The position numbers and the translations under genes were made by a program. Positions 1-15,119 of a stretch of DNA of 64,000 nucleotides are shown here, one piece after another. Source of the stretch: Paraspadella gotoi (lineage: Eukaryota; Animalia; Chaetognatha); the NCBI GenBank assembly GCA_051294375.1, contig JBJCIZ010000239.1, positions 1,878,581 through 1,942,580 on the forward strand, written 5' to 3'. The notes below the pieces were generated by a model. The model searched no databases. It saw nothing but the letters and a program-made list of their open reading frames with translations, and was not told where the DNA came from. Each line of letters begins with the position of its first letter. Within the stretch, counting starts at the first letter, position 1.

Positions 1-66
1 TTGAACGCTAATTAGTTTGTTAGTGAGATGCATTGCACAACAACAACAACCGTTTCACCTTTTCAG

Positions 67-1436
67 AATCAAAATCAAAAACAAGAAGGCCCTCGTCGAC
101 AAGAAGAAAATAAAAAGCAACGGCTTCGCCTGCGCCCTCCAGAAACGCCTGCTCGTCAAGAAGACCGTCAGAAAGCTTCGCGACGCCGAGAGCCTCGCGG
201 CGACTGATTCCCCGATAACCTCGACCCCCGGAATCGCGGCGACGTTCGACGACGCCGCTTTTCGCATCTCGCCTAAGAAGACACGCCGCCAACGATTGGG
301 CGACGTCAAATTTGTGAAAATCGGATTGGTGCCTAGAATGACGCCCCTTCCTCGAATGACGCCGATGCCAAAAATGACGACGGTACTAAAGATGACGCCG
401 GTGACGGTGGTAACGAGAATAAAGCCAAAAATACCAAAAGAAGCCAAGGTACCTGTAACGCCGCCGTCAACACGATTAGTACCGATCGCAACAAAGGAAT
501 CAAGACCGACACAATTACCCATTTTAAAAACCACTCCCACCGAGAATGCCACGTTCGAATCAAATTTAATCAAATCATCATCATCATCGTCATCATCATC
601 AAGCATTGCCAGTCAATATCCTTCGTCAACATTTTTCAGTCTCTCCGTCGCACAAGCTTTTCTCAATAACATATCATCGCCGCAAAGCGGCCCCAGTTCT
701 TCGGGCCAAAACTGCATCTCGCCGATCATCGCTAAACCACAGGATTCGACGAGACTCTCGAGAAAAGATCCCACCGATCGTAACCTGGCGAAGAGAGCAA
801 CGCGACTCATCGACGCATCGGAAAAGACTAGACCAGCGATAAACTCGCCCCGCTCGGACGTTGCAACGGAAGGGAAAAGAAAAAGGAAATTCTTCGCCGA
901 CTCGGAAAAGGGTCAAAGGCACGAGGTCGACCTTCACGCTGAGAAGTGCGACGTCGAATTTAAGAACAACGACAACGAGGAAGAGGCGAATCGAGACAGG
1001 CTGAGGCGATCGAAGAGACTCCGTCTCGGATCAACAAGTTCGCGAGAAACGGAGGTGCAAGGAAACGAAAGTTCGCGTAAGTATTGGACCGATTGTGTTT
1101 TTAGTATTTATCACTGGATTAGAATAATCTGACCTGTAAACAGACTTTGGTTAAATGTCAGTTATGACTTGGTTGAGGTCAGTCTCCTTGTCGCGGTCGT
1201 CGTTGTTGTTATTGGCGCACAACGTATATATTCTTTATGAATATAATCCACCTTTTCACCTTTTCCCTACAGATGAAGGAATCGAGACAGGATCGATTCG
1301 CCCGCGAAAAGACGGAATGAAATTGGATGAGAAGGAGAAGGAGAAAAATAAGGAGAAGAAGAAGAACGACAAAAACCACAACGAATCTCGTCCGATTCGC
1401 GCGACGCGGTCACAATCCAAAATTTCCAGTCATTGA
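67..1436 (+). CDS. 5'-truncated plus-strand gene encoding a low-complexity basic S/T/P-rich protein of unknown function
   Basis: Long ORF 17-1132 with a likely acceptor tttcag at ~66. A GTAAGT donor at 1077 and acceptor ctacag at 1272 join it in frame to ORF 1155-1436 (..EGIETGSIRPRKDG..KISSH*). No recognisable domain. Confidence 0.5.
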
Positions 1437-2158
1437 TCCCGTTTTAATGGTTTTACTTGGTTATTTCCAAATTCTCGAAGCAAGTCAAAGTTATTTATCA
1501 TATTGACCAAAGGTTTAATTAACCAATAAGAATAATATTCATTCATCTTTTTTTTTAAACAATTTTTAAATTTTTTATTGGTTTTCTGTTAGGACTCTGT
1601 ATTAAGGCGAGCCAAAATTTAACACTTGAGTTTTGCCAATATAAGTATTCTGCAATAAAATTTTTTAGCCCTTTTATCACAGAACTGATATCCATTTTTA
1701 TTGTTTTAATTACTTAGTTGTATTGATACGCTGCAGAATTTTAATATTTTAATAAAATTTTTAGCTAAACACGTGATAATAATTGGGTCAAAAATTTAAA
1801 AATTTAAAAATTATCATCATAATTGGATGAAAGTCATAATTTTTAGTAATTTTTACTGATAAAACAATTTTAAAATGTTGTAATAATAAACTATTCAAAA
1901 TGTCAAAGGTTTTTGTATTATACAATAATTTAATATTTAAAAAAAGCTTTCGTGTTTGTACTTTAATTTATTTTTATGATCTCAAATGGACACTTCACCA
2001 ATACATATAGCGGACTTCGCCTCGTCTTCAACCTCTTCCGCCTTACTGTATATAACCCCGCCAATTATTAAACTTAATCTTTCATAATTTGTAATCAATG
2101 TTAAATTAAATTCTCGTTGAATAAATAAATTTTAGAAAGTAACTCTTTGTCTTCTTAC

Positions 2159-3453
2159 CTGCGTTTCTCGTCCCTGGAGCAGCAGCATTGGTTCTTCTCT
2201 GCCTCACCGAGGGAGCGGGTGCATCTAAATACAAAATAGAGATAATTAAATATAAATAAACAAATAAATATATATATAAATCGAGATTTATATCTCCATT
2301 CGTAAATAAAGCTTTTTGCAGTTTTGTTTTTTTTTTTCCTGTTTTTTTCTACTTTGCTAAATTAAGTTCTACAACAAATAATTATTTTTTTTATATAAAA
2401 TAATATAGTGTATAGGTTCCCAACTGATGACCTTCTTATCTTAAAATATACATTAATTTAAAGTTTTGAACAGAGAGAAGAAAAAATATAATAAAATATT
2501 TAAAATAAAATTAAAAAATTACACTCAAAATATAAAGGAGCCCCTATAAAACTTTTACCCAGTATGTATCCCTATCACAACTTACGATTCTACTTAGTAG
2601 TCTTATCATTAAGGAAATAAAAAAATCAAAAAATCAAACATAACTTAGTCCCCCCCAAAAAATTAACCATTCCACCCCTTTCTGCTCAGCCTTTTAGATA
2701 TTGTGAGATTCTCATTAATGATTTTCTTACAGAAATGATGTGTGATATCTACTTAAAAAACTAGGGCAGGAAGTAATATAACCTTGGGTTGTATAGATGC
2801 TCCCTCTATTTCCAGAAGACAACACTAACAGCCCTCAGATTATCAAAAACCAAAATTAATATAAAATAATAATAGTGATAAAAATAAATAAATATTTTAA
2901 TGAATATTATAAAATCTAATACTTTAAAAAGTGAAACGAGTAATTTCGCAATTTTCATAAAATACAAGAGACCAAAAAGAGTCACGTCTCGCTGCGACTA
3001 ATCATTCCATCTATAGTTTCAAACTCACCGACGCCGCTTCCGCTCGGCGTCGGCTCCTTGGCTTCGACGCCGGGCGAACAGACAAGATGAACGGTAGTGG
3101 GGCTTCCGGCGTCGAAGGACCTCAACACGTCCTTCAGCACGAGATGATCTTGAAGCAGTCGGCCCGAGAAGATGATCTTTTGTTGGTGCTCCCGAGGTTT
3201 GCAGGGGTAAACCTCGGCGAGATGGGCCTTGAGTTTTTTCACGGTCCAACTACCTGCGGGGTTTTTAGAAAAGGGGAAATTAACCGATTAAGCAACGATA
3301 TTAACCGAATATTAACCTCCTCTTACCTTGACATTCGACCGTCTGGTCGTTGTACTTTTGATTGGCCGCTTTGACGACGAGCGTCATAGAAGAGGCGACG
3401 CCGGCGTCGGCGACGGCGACCCCGTCCGCGCCTTTAGGCAACAGGTTTTCCAT
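2159..3453 (-). CDS. HERPUD: HERPUD-like ubiquitin-like-domain ERAD protein, 5' exons only (remainder presumably left of window)
   Basis: ATG 3453. Exons ~3453-3328, 3253-3029 and 2225-2159 give MTLVVKAANQKYNDQ..WTVKKLKAHLAEVYPCKP..QKIIFSGRLLQDHLVLKDVL..TVHLVC, the HERP UBL domain. The last visible exon ends in a GTAAG donor. Confidence 0.8.
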
Positions 3454-3773
3454 GCGGATATTCTTTCCCTTTTAAATTTTCTTTTTTCCCAAAAAAATTC
3501 GGAGATAACGAATGCCCCCTTTTTTTTTCTTCAAACCCCCACAAATTTCTTTTTCGCGTCTTTTCTCTATCCGATGTAGTTAATCCATCTTTTTAAACAT
3601 TCGATATTAACTAAGAAACGTAAATTAGGCGAAATAAGGTGTTTGTGGTAAAATTTGAAAATGTACACGTACAGGCAAAAAAACAATATTTTTTTTTTAT
3701 CTAAGTCTCCATAGATGGACTAAAAGGTTTTCGATCTCGAGAAATCACGGATCAAATCACACGGGAGTCTTAT

Positions 3774-5168
3774 TCAGTCTTTCCGCAGCGGGAATCGCTC
3801 CGTCTCCACGCCGCGATTGGAGATCACGTGGAGCTCCACCTCGTCCCCGGTGTAGATGTCGCGCTCCGAGGCGGAGATGAAGACGTCCTTGACCAAGTTG
3901 ACGGCCTTCTCCCGCGAGAGGGGCTTCTTCTCCACGTTCTGCATGTTCTTGAAGCCGACCTGATTGTCGAGGAGGACTTGCAGCATGGAGGAGGCGGAGC
4001 CGCCCGCGCGGAAGGTCTCGCGCTCGTAGGATCCAACGGGATCGAAGGAGTAGACGCAGCCTTTGCCTTCTTCGTCGATGCCGGCGAGGATGTTGTAGGT
4101 GTAGTAGGGGAAAAATCGTCTGAGGGAAAATGATGTCATTTTATAAATTAATATGTATAATATATATTGTATAATATAATATATTATTATAAATCATATC
4201 CATCTTTATTGAAAAATTAATGTCGTTGAATTCAGGAGGCAATATAGCGTGTTTATTGCATTAACAGATAATATTTATATTAGTACTTTAGTGGTACCAA
4301 TTTTATATAATAAAACAAATAATATATCCCCGAAAGCACTATTGCACGGATTGCACTTTTTGCTCAATAACGGTTCGCAAAAGTTGGTAATCGCTTAGGC
4401 AATTACCACGGATTATTTTATGAAAGGTTTTTTCCCCCCCTCACTTCTTTTNNNNNNNNNNATCACTGCCTAAAGCTTAATTCGATAATTACAAGTCACA
4501 TAATTCGATCATTACGACGAACGAGACCGTGGGTCAAATTATTTTCAGTATGATGGGGAAATTGTCGACAGAAGTTGATGGTTGTCAGCGGCGACGTGCC
4601 TTTGAAGTTTAAAAGAGGACCGAAATAAGAAATAATAAACGACTAAACCCTTGGCTAATCAGTTATCAAACAACCTTGAAACGAAGAACGAGTTTTTCCC
4701 CCAAAAATCAAACCCAAACCACGAAACCGGTTTTCGCCTTCGAACCTGAAGTACAGCATGGTCGAAAGCATGGCGGCGATGGCCTTGGTCGTCATCTTCT
4801 TTCCATGCTCGTGCTCGTACATTTTCATCCTGACTTGAATCGTTTTCGTCAGGGTGAGGACGTCGCCGTGAAAACCTGAAAAAGAAAGGCTATTATTTAT
4901 ACCTTTCTCATTGATATACATGTTTAAAAAACGAAACGACTCTCTAACCGGTGCAAGCGAGCACGGTGTCGTCGCCGAGGCGGTAGGTTTTGGGCGAATC
5001 CCTGGAATGGATGGAGAATCCCTGACTGAGACGCGTGTCAGACGCGATGACGGAAAAGTCTTCGCCGGCGATGGCCAACGCCGTTCCTCCGTTCATCGCG
5101 TAAGGGGACCAGTAATGGGAAACGGGTTCTGTTGAAGATGGCAAGGTTTGTGTTAAAATGGACACCAT
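3774..5168 (-). CDS. PSMB1: 20S proteasome subunit beta type-1 (beta6)
   Basis: [29 protein letters not shown] / [19 protein letters not shown] / [33 protein letters not shown]. 3 exons. Confidence 0.95.
4452..4461. other. Assembly gap (10 N) inside a PSMB1 intron
   Basis: Run of n characters. Confidence 1.
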
Positions 5169-5206
5169 GTTGTATGGTCGCGAGGGAAGCGGGTTACTGA
5201 CCAGCG

Positions 5207-5253
<47 letters not shown>

Positions 5254-5670
5254 ATGCCACGCTCTCCCTCGAAAATCTCCCTCAATCTTTCTCATTGACA
5301 TGTCTTTTTTCTCGTGTCACGTCTTCACCGTTGCCTTTACATTATAAAAATACAATTTCATTATCACTGAGCCTACGCAGCGGACTTACCCGTTTTGTAA
5401 TCATCTATGCCTCCTCTTTCCATCGAAAGAGCCATTTTGTATGTTTATGTTTTGTTGTGTTTTTTTTTTTCAGAAACAGTCGAATAAACTGCAAAAAAAA
5501 AAAAAAAATGTTTTGAACCGAATATCGGCGAATTCGACTAAACATATTTATCATATCACATTATAATGTACAACGAGGAAAATAAAGTGATTAAGAGGCG
5601 GAGGCGACGAAAGGCTCGCGATAAAGTTTTTTTTTTTTTTTAAGCCAAAGAATTGGATGTCGTCTTTCTC

Positions 5671-7918
5671 TCATTCGTCGTCGGAATCGTCGTCGTCTTT
5701 GATCGCCTCCTTCCCGAACTGATCCGCCTCCGCGTAGACGTCCTTCGGGACCATCTGGTGGAGCCCCTTGGTCATTTCCCCTACCCAGCTCAGCTCCAGT
5801 TCGAACCGCTTGTCTTTCACCTGGAGATTTAGGATATGAAGGGATTCGTGAAGGCGTAAAAAGTTTTGAAAGGAGTCGGGGGGTAAGTGGATCATTGTAC
5901 CTCGTCGTGCACGGTGTGGATGATCTTGGCGACCTCCTTGACCAACTGACGACAGGTCAAGCCGGACATCTTCAGCTTCTCGATCTCCGTCTTGGCGTTC
6001 TGTTTGGCTTTCCCGCTGGCGCACCCTTGGTACCCGACGAAGGATCCCGAGGGTTCGATCACGAAAAGAACGGGACCTGGCGGTGAGAGCAAAGAGATAG
6101 GGGATCTAGTTTCAATCTGACCCATTACAAAAAACCAAGCCTTCGTCACCAGTGTCTTCGTCCCACGAAGACAACAGCATGGAGCAGCCGAAGGGTCGCA
6201 CGGCGGAATAAAGGGTATAAGCATGGACGTAGGATGCGAGTCTGTGGGCGAGGTACTTGATGGGAACGGCGCCGCCGTATTCGGCGCGGTAGTTGGAAGC
6301 CTCGTCCCGGGCGGTTTCGACCAGATGGCGAGCGTCGGCCAAGAGACCTTGGAGTGGGGAGAGATTGGACGGGGTCACAGGAAAGCTTGTTCGGAAACAA
6401 TTTCAGCCGATCCCTCGTCAATTTTTAATCGCACCGCGAGTACTCGTGGAGCAACTCAATGCGTTACTTTTCGGTCGATCGGTATATCAGTTATTATTAT
6501 TATTATTCAATCCCATTAGATTGAAAATAGTCATAACTCAAATAATAATTCATGAATTTATAAGACCTTTAAAAAATGAAAGACAAAATTCCAATGCATT
6601 ACGTATCGAACAAACGGCGCAACTCAGGATTGGAATCCCGTTTTTATTTATTAATTTATTACTCAGTGATCAACACATTTGCAGGACGGTTAAATAAAAA
6701 TTTCCCCGACCTATAAAACTTAAGTAATTTCGGCCGATAATCTACACCGTGATCATTTGAAACCCGCCGCTAGAAAAAATTCACCAAAGTATAAAGTAAA
6801 AAGATTTTAAAGTTTTGAAAAAAGATACTTAAAAACAAAACATACTCATTTTTTATGTATAATATCAGTTCTTTTGGTTTACTTCTACTTTAACAGGAAA
6901 AGGTAAAAAATAGCTTTGAAACTTATCTTCCGGCTCAATAGCCTAATGTTTTTGAATAAAAAAATTATATTTTACTTTCTGTAGAATTTATAAAAAAGTC
7001 TTTCAAAAAATAAATATAATATTTATATTGCCTAAAAACCCTTTAAAAACTATAATATGATACAATTTTTAATTCTGAAGTATAAAAAATATATTTTTGA
7101 AACTAAGCAGATTTAATAGATTTTATAGATTTTAACTATCTTACTTTTAAGAATAATCAGTTTTAAAGTATATTATTTTTAAAAAATTATAATCAATATT
7201 CCTAAATAATATAATACCCATATTAGCACTAATTAGTAATATTATATTTGTTTAACAGAGCCATCAATTCCAGGTAAAAAATTTCCCTTTAAAAATGGGT
7301 ATATCTTGTCTTTATATATCTTTTTTCAAAATGTTAAAATCTCTACGCGTTTTCATATGGTGAATTTTTTATAGCGGCCGGTTTCAAATGGTCACTTTGT
7401 ACTTTTCAACCTCAATCCCCTCAAAAAAATAAACACTACCGGCGACAGCCATTCCGATGTGACGGTCAATGTTGTAAATCCTCTTCATGGATCCCGATTC
7501 GTAAAGTTTGGACGTGATCAACTTTTCCACGCCGAAGACGACGCCGTCTCGGCAACGGATTCCCACGGCGGTACCGCTGTTTTCCACCGCCTGAGGGATG
7601 TGGAGGGCGGCGATTATTATAAGTTATATGTGTAGAAGTTGCAACTATATCGGAAGTTTGGGTAGCCAAGGTCATCGCTCTGACTACAATATTCTCTCGC
7701 TGAGAATTTGAGAAACATTTTTAAACTTGTTTCGGGTTCTTATTCAATTTTCTGGACTGAAAAACTTAATACTAAATATAGCTAAAGTTTAATTAACGAC
7801 GTTGGACTTTCCAATTTTCTAAAACTATCACCTTTAGAGCGTACTCGACTTGAAAGACTCGCCCGTCCGGAGAGAACTGAGACGCTGAGAGATCGTATCC
7901 CGTTCCTATGGAACTCAT
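5671..7918 (-). CDS. PSMA3: 20S proteasome subunit alpha type-3 (alpha7)
   Basis: [57 protein letters not shown] and an acidic tail. About 5 exons. Confidence 0.96.
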
Positions 7919-8141
7919 TGTCACGGTTTTTTTTAAGTTTTTACTTTTATTGTCAAATAACGAATATTGCAACGAGCAAAATCTGACAACAAAAGATGTT
8001 TTGTTATTTAAAGAAACGTCACTTAGGAAAGCTTTAACAAACTCGGTCAAAAGAAAATAAAACTCGAATTAGAAACTAAAAACTTTTTTTTCACAAAAAA
8101 CTTCTATAAAGTCGAACTGCAGAATCGATTGATTGATTGAT

Positions 8142-8813
<672 letters not shown>

Positions 8814-8929
8814 CCTGAAATCTTTTGTCAAAATAAAAAATAATAAAACTTTGTTAAATGAATACAAACTTTTTTAAGTTTCACAAACATAAATGATTAG
8901 AATTAAATGTCAACATTCAATAAATTGAT

Positions 8930-10266
<1,337 letters not shown>

Positions 10267-10580
10267 TTTTTTTTTTAATTAAAACTAAAACTAGGAATAA
10301 AAAATTTGAATTTCTTTTAATGTTTAACCAAATGGAAGCGGGTAAACAAGAAAATATGTATTTACTAAGCTTTAGTATTATTACTATAGTAATCCAGTAC
10401 TTGTCAAATATTTTGTATTCAAACTCGTAAGTCCTAATTTTTGTAGTTGATCCAAAGAAAAACTCAACTCAACATGAAAACCGGAGAAATGAAATTAATC
10501 TAAGTCTTTCTCGTGATTCGGACTCTCGGTACATCCGGGGCCTCCCCTCATCCGGGGCCTCCCCTCATGGACGCGACTGT

Positions 10581-12228
10581 TCAAGCGGTGGACTTGGCGG
10601 CGAGACGCTTGTCGCGCTCCTCGGCGACGGTCATGCGGACGCCCTTGCCTTCCGGGAGGGAGACCCAGGGCTTGGTTCCTTTGCCGATGGTGAAGATGTA
10701 GTTCAACCTGGGGAAAAAAGAGCAAAGCGGATTGTTGTTGAAATTATTGTTTCATGCTGATAATTAAAAAACGGCGACTGTTGCTGGTACTATATTTACT
10801 TATCAGCATATATTTATTTCATTTGTCTTTATTTAGTTAGGAAACGAGCGCTTCTACGAACGATTCATCCATAAATCTCATTTGCATGTTGCAGTGAGTT
10901 TAAATATATATGTATAAATATATAAATATATACTCGTTTAAACGTTTATACACTCTGTCTTTCACGGTTATTTCTTGTTTCTATACGTTCTTTACGTTCT
11001 ATTCTGTATTTGTTAGCGTCTAACTTTGTTGTTATCGTCTCTTTTTATTTTTATTAGCGACTTTTTGTTTTGTCTCTCTGATTTTTGCGTGTTTATTTAT
11101 ATATATGATGATTGTAGTTTTATATTACTATTATTAGCATTGGGGTCCATCCAAACTTTACTGTTACACATTATATTCTTACATTTTTTGAAATACATTT
11201 TACACCGTTTACGTTTTTATAACGTTTTTGTTTTGACACAATCTCTTTAGATTTAAACGTTACTACTAGTCGCGCCATCTTTCTTCACCTGGTGGCGAAG
11301 GAGTGTCCGGCGGCGTCCTTAACGTGAACGATATCGAAGGAACCCGGATGCTTCTCCCGGTGCATGATGGTGCCGACTCGACCCAAGTTACGGCCACCGG
11401 TGACGATGCAGATGTTGCCGGATTCGAACTTGATCCAGTCGGTGATTTTTCCGGAGGCGATGTCGACCTTGACGCAGTCGTTGCTCTTGATCAGAGGATC
11501 GGGATATCTGAGATAAGAGGGGGGGGGCGCAATCGAATGAAGCTTTGAAGTCGGAATCTAAAAAAAACATTTTTTTAATCGCTGCCTTTTCGGTCAGCGT
11601 CTCTTTCTTTATAACATAATTTTATGATTTATTTTTAAATAGCGAATCATTTATCATTAGAATAATATTTTTAAATATTTTTGAATCTAACAAAGTATTT
11701 TTTACATTTTTTTAAATGCCGCTACTATTGGAAGTGACAAGCACATCAATTTTTTATTAACATAAAATGAGCCCAATTTTCAGACCTGATCGTGCGTCCG
11801 TCGTTTGTCGTCAAGTACGGAATCCCCTTGGGTCCGACTGAGACCTTCTTGACAACGCAGAGCTTGTACGCGGCTTCCTCCTTGGAGATGCGGTGCACCT
11901 TGTAGCGGCCCTTGACGTCGTAGACGAGCCGGAAGTTCTCGCCCGTCTTCTCCATCTGGATGACGTCCATGAAGCCCGTGGGGTAGGTGTGGTCCGTACG
12001 GACCCGCCCGTCCACCTTGACCAGGCGCTGGGCCAGGATGTTCTTGACCTCCTGGTAGGTGAGGGCGTACTTGAGCCGGTTGCGCAGGAAGAGAGCCAGC
12101 GGGAGACACTCGCGCAGCTTGTGGGGTCCCGAAGAGGGACGGGGGGCGTAGCAGCCGCCCAGCTTGTCGAGCATCCAATGCTTGGGCGCCGCCACGCGCT
12201 TCATGTGCTTACGAGGACCGCGAACCAT
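10581..12228 (-). CDS. RPS4: 40S ribosomal protein eS4
   Basis: [40 protein letters not shown] / [15 protein letters not shown] / ..[16 protein letters not shown]. 3 exons. Confidence 0.97.
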
Positions 12229-12449
12229 CGTGAAAAACTTTGGATAACTTTTTTTAAAAAACTTAAAATCTGGAAAAAAAGAAAATTAAATAAATTCATA
12301 GGTTTATTCTTGACCAGTAAAATGCCTTGATCAATTGAGAATTAACGAAGAACAATACAGCGAAAAAACCAATGCCCAAGAAAAATATTAATAACATTCA
12401 ACAATAGTCATAAGTCGAGAAAAGTCTTAACAATGGGCCCCCATCATCG

Positions 12450-12917
<468 letters not shown>

Positions 12918-13191
12918 TTAATTTGTCAAAAGTATAACATGAAATAATCCTGCATCGAAGTGATGTAAAAAGGGTGTGAAACGATGCGAGAAACGCGAAA
13001 ACACGGCGTCTAGTGAATTCACCATAACAACGCGTGATTTTCGCTTTTCGTTATGGCAGTTTAAAAAAAAAAAGGAAAAACAAACACGACCTGACTATAA
13101 GAAGCATCTTGCTTTTTTTTTCGTTAGTTCATAGTAGAATTCGCAATAAATTCGTACATTTTAATTATTAAACAACTTGTTGTCTTTTTTT

Positions 13192-14749
13192 TTAAACGGC
13201 GGCAGCTCCAGATATAATTTCGATGAGTTCCTTGGTGATGACCGCCTGTCGCGTCCGGTTGTAGGTGATGGTCAACTTTTCGATCATCTCTCCCGCGTTC
13301 TTGGACGCGTTGTCCATGGCAGTCATTCTGTTCAGCGGGGGGGGGGAGAGTTTTAAATGGGATGAGATTAATGAAAAGAATTAAACTGGAAAAAGATAAA
13401 CGAACAGGTTTAATAAACTAAGTTTCGAAAAAACTAAATTAAGTTTTTTTCTTTTATGTCAATTTATTTCAATTTAACTAGTGTTGTAGTAATAATAGCT
13501 GGAATTTGTGGCAATTGAACAAAAACCCTAACTCTGAAAATACCTGGCGCTCTGTTCGCTGCAGGCGTTCTCCTTCATCGCGTAGTAGATGATGGAGGCG
13601 AGCTGGAACTCGGCGCAAGACTGGAGAACGTCCGCGTCGATCGAGTCGTAGATGGAGATGTCCTTGGAGTTCTCGAAGTGGGCGTCGCGGAACACCTTTT
13701 GGTTCGTCAGACTGTAGGAGACGACCGTCTGCGAGAGAGAGATGAAATTAAATCTCATTTGAATGTTGCAGTGATTAAGACCAACTAGTTAAATGACACA
13801 AATTCAAAATTTTTTCGTGTTTTAGTGAAAGAAGGTATGAAAACACACTATTGTAAATTAATTACAATCATACAGTTAGACACAGAAGCACATTTTTAGT
13901 AATAACTAGAAAAAGTGATGTTTTTTGTTATATTTTCGAGTCATAAGCTCACTTTGCTTTCACGTTTAGTATCGGGGAAAATATATACGCCACTTAAAGG
14001 GCCACGGTCACTATTAAATATTTTTCATAACAAATGTTAATATAAAGAGTAAAGACAAAAACCTTATTACTTTACCAACCTTAAACTTATTGTACAACAG
14101 AACCCCCGTGTCGTACTCGTATCCGCTGGACAAGATGGCGTTGGCGACGGCGGAGGCGTCGTTGAACGTCGGCGGCTTCCGCCCGTAATCCTTGATGGAG
14201 GTGTTGATGGTGTGGGGCCAAGACCTCTTCATCACTTGGGTGCACTTGTCTCCCACGAGGAACATCTGCGTCTCCACGTTGGGGGGCGTGGCCGCATGGA
14301 TGGCGCGGATGGCCTTGTTGACGCCCGAGTGAATCCCGCCGCAGAGGCCTCGGTCCGAAGAGATGGCCACGATGACCTGCTTCACCACCGGGTCGGGTCC
14401 TTCGGCTCCCGTCTTTTCGTAGACGGCGGCGGCGCCGGCGCCGTAGGCTCGGGCCGGCTTGAGGCGCCGCTCCGCCTGGGCGTACTTGGCCGCGCTGACC
14501 ATCTTCATGGAGGTGGTGATCTTCTGGATGTTCTTCGTTCCCTTGAGGCGAAGCTCGATCTCTTTAAGGGTGGCCATTCCTGAGGATCGTTCAATTCGGA
14601 AGATTTACTAAACACCATCATTAAATTTCGTAATTAAATTTTTGTTCTCGATCGGACTTACCCCTGACGGCGCCGATCGAGGCTGGCGCCCCGAGCGCCG
14701 CGTTGGTCCAGACGGCGTTGGCGCCGAGAAGAGCTCGAGTCAGCGCCAT
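13192..14749 (-). CDS. ATP5F1C: Mitochondrial ATP synthase F1 gamma subunit
   Basis: Presequence exon 14749-14662, then [42 protein letters not shown] and [31 protein letters not shown]. Confidence 0.96.
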
Positions 14750-14998
14750 GATTGATTATTGGGTGGAAGCAGAAACGAGAGGACACAATCTTTTTTTTTT
14801 TAAATATTAGGAAAACTAAAAAAGCGAAAAGAGAAAGAATAAACCGTCGATTAAAACTCGATTGAAAAATTATGAATCTTAACGTCGATGGCACAAAATC
14901 GAATTCGTGTGTGGAATGTTTTCATGTCTATATTTTTTTTTTCAGAATTGAGACTAGTGAGTTTTCAAAGTTTTATTACTTTTTTTTTGACAAAATCG

Positions 14999-15113
<115 letters not shown>

Positions 15114-15119
15114 GACATC

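Noticed and set aside
1512-1530. GGTTTAATTAACCAATAAG resembling the nematode SL1 leader
   Set aside because: Only a partial match in AT-rich DNA, with no following GT donor or clear SL RNA structure. No SL RNA gene was identified in the window.
2424-2430. CTGATGA hammerhead or C-box-like motif (also on the minus strand at ~44991-44997)
   Set aside because: No stem II plus GAAA core and no properly spaced D box with a terminal stem.
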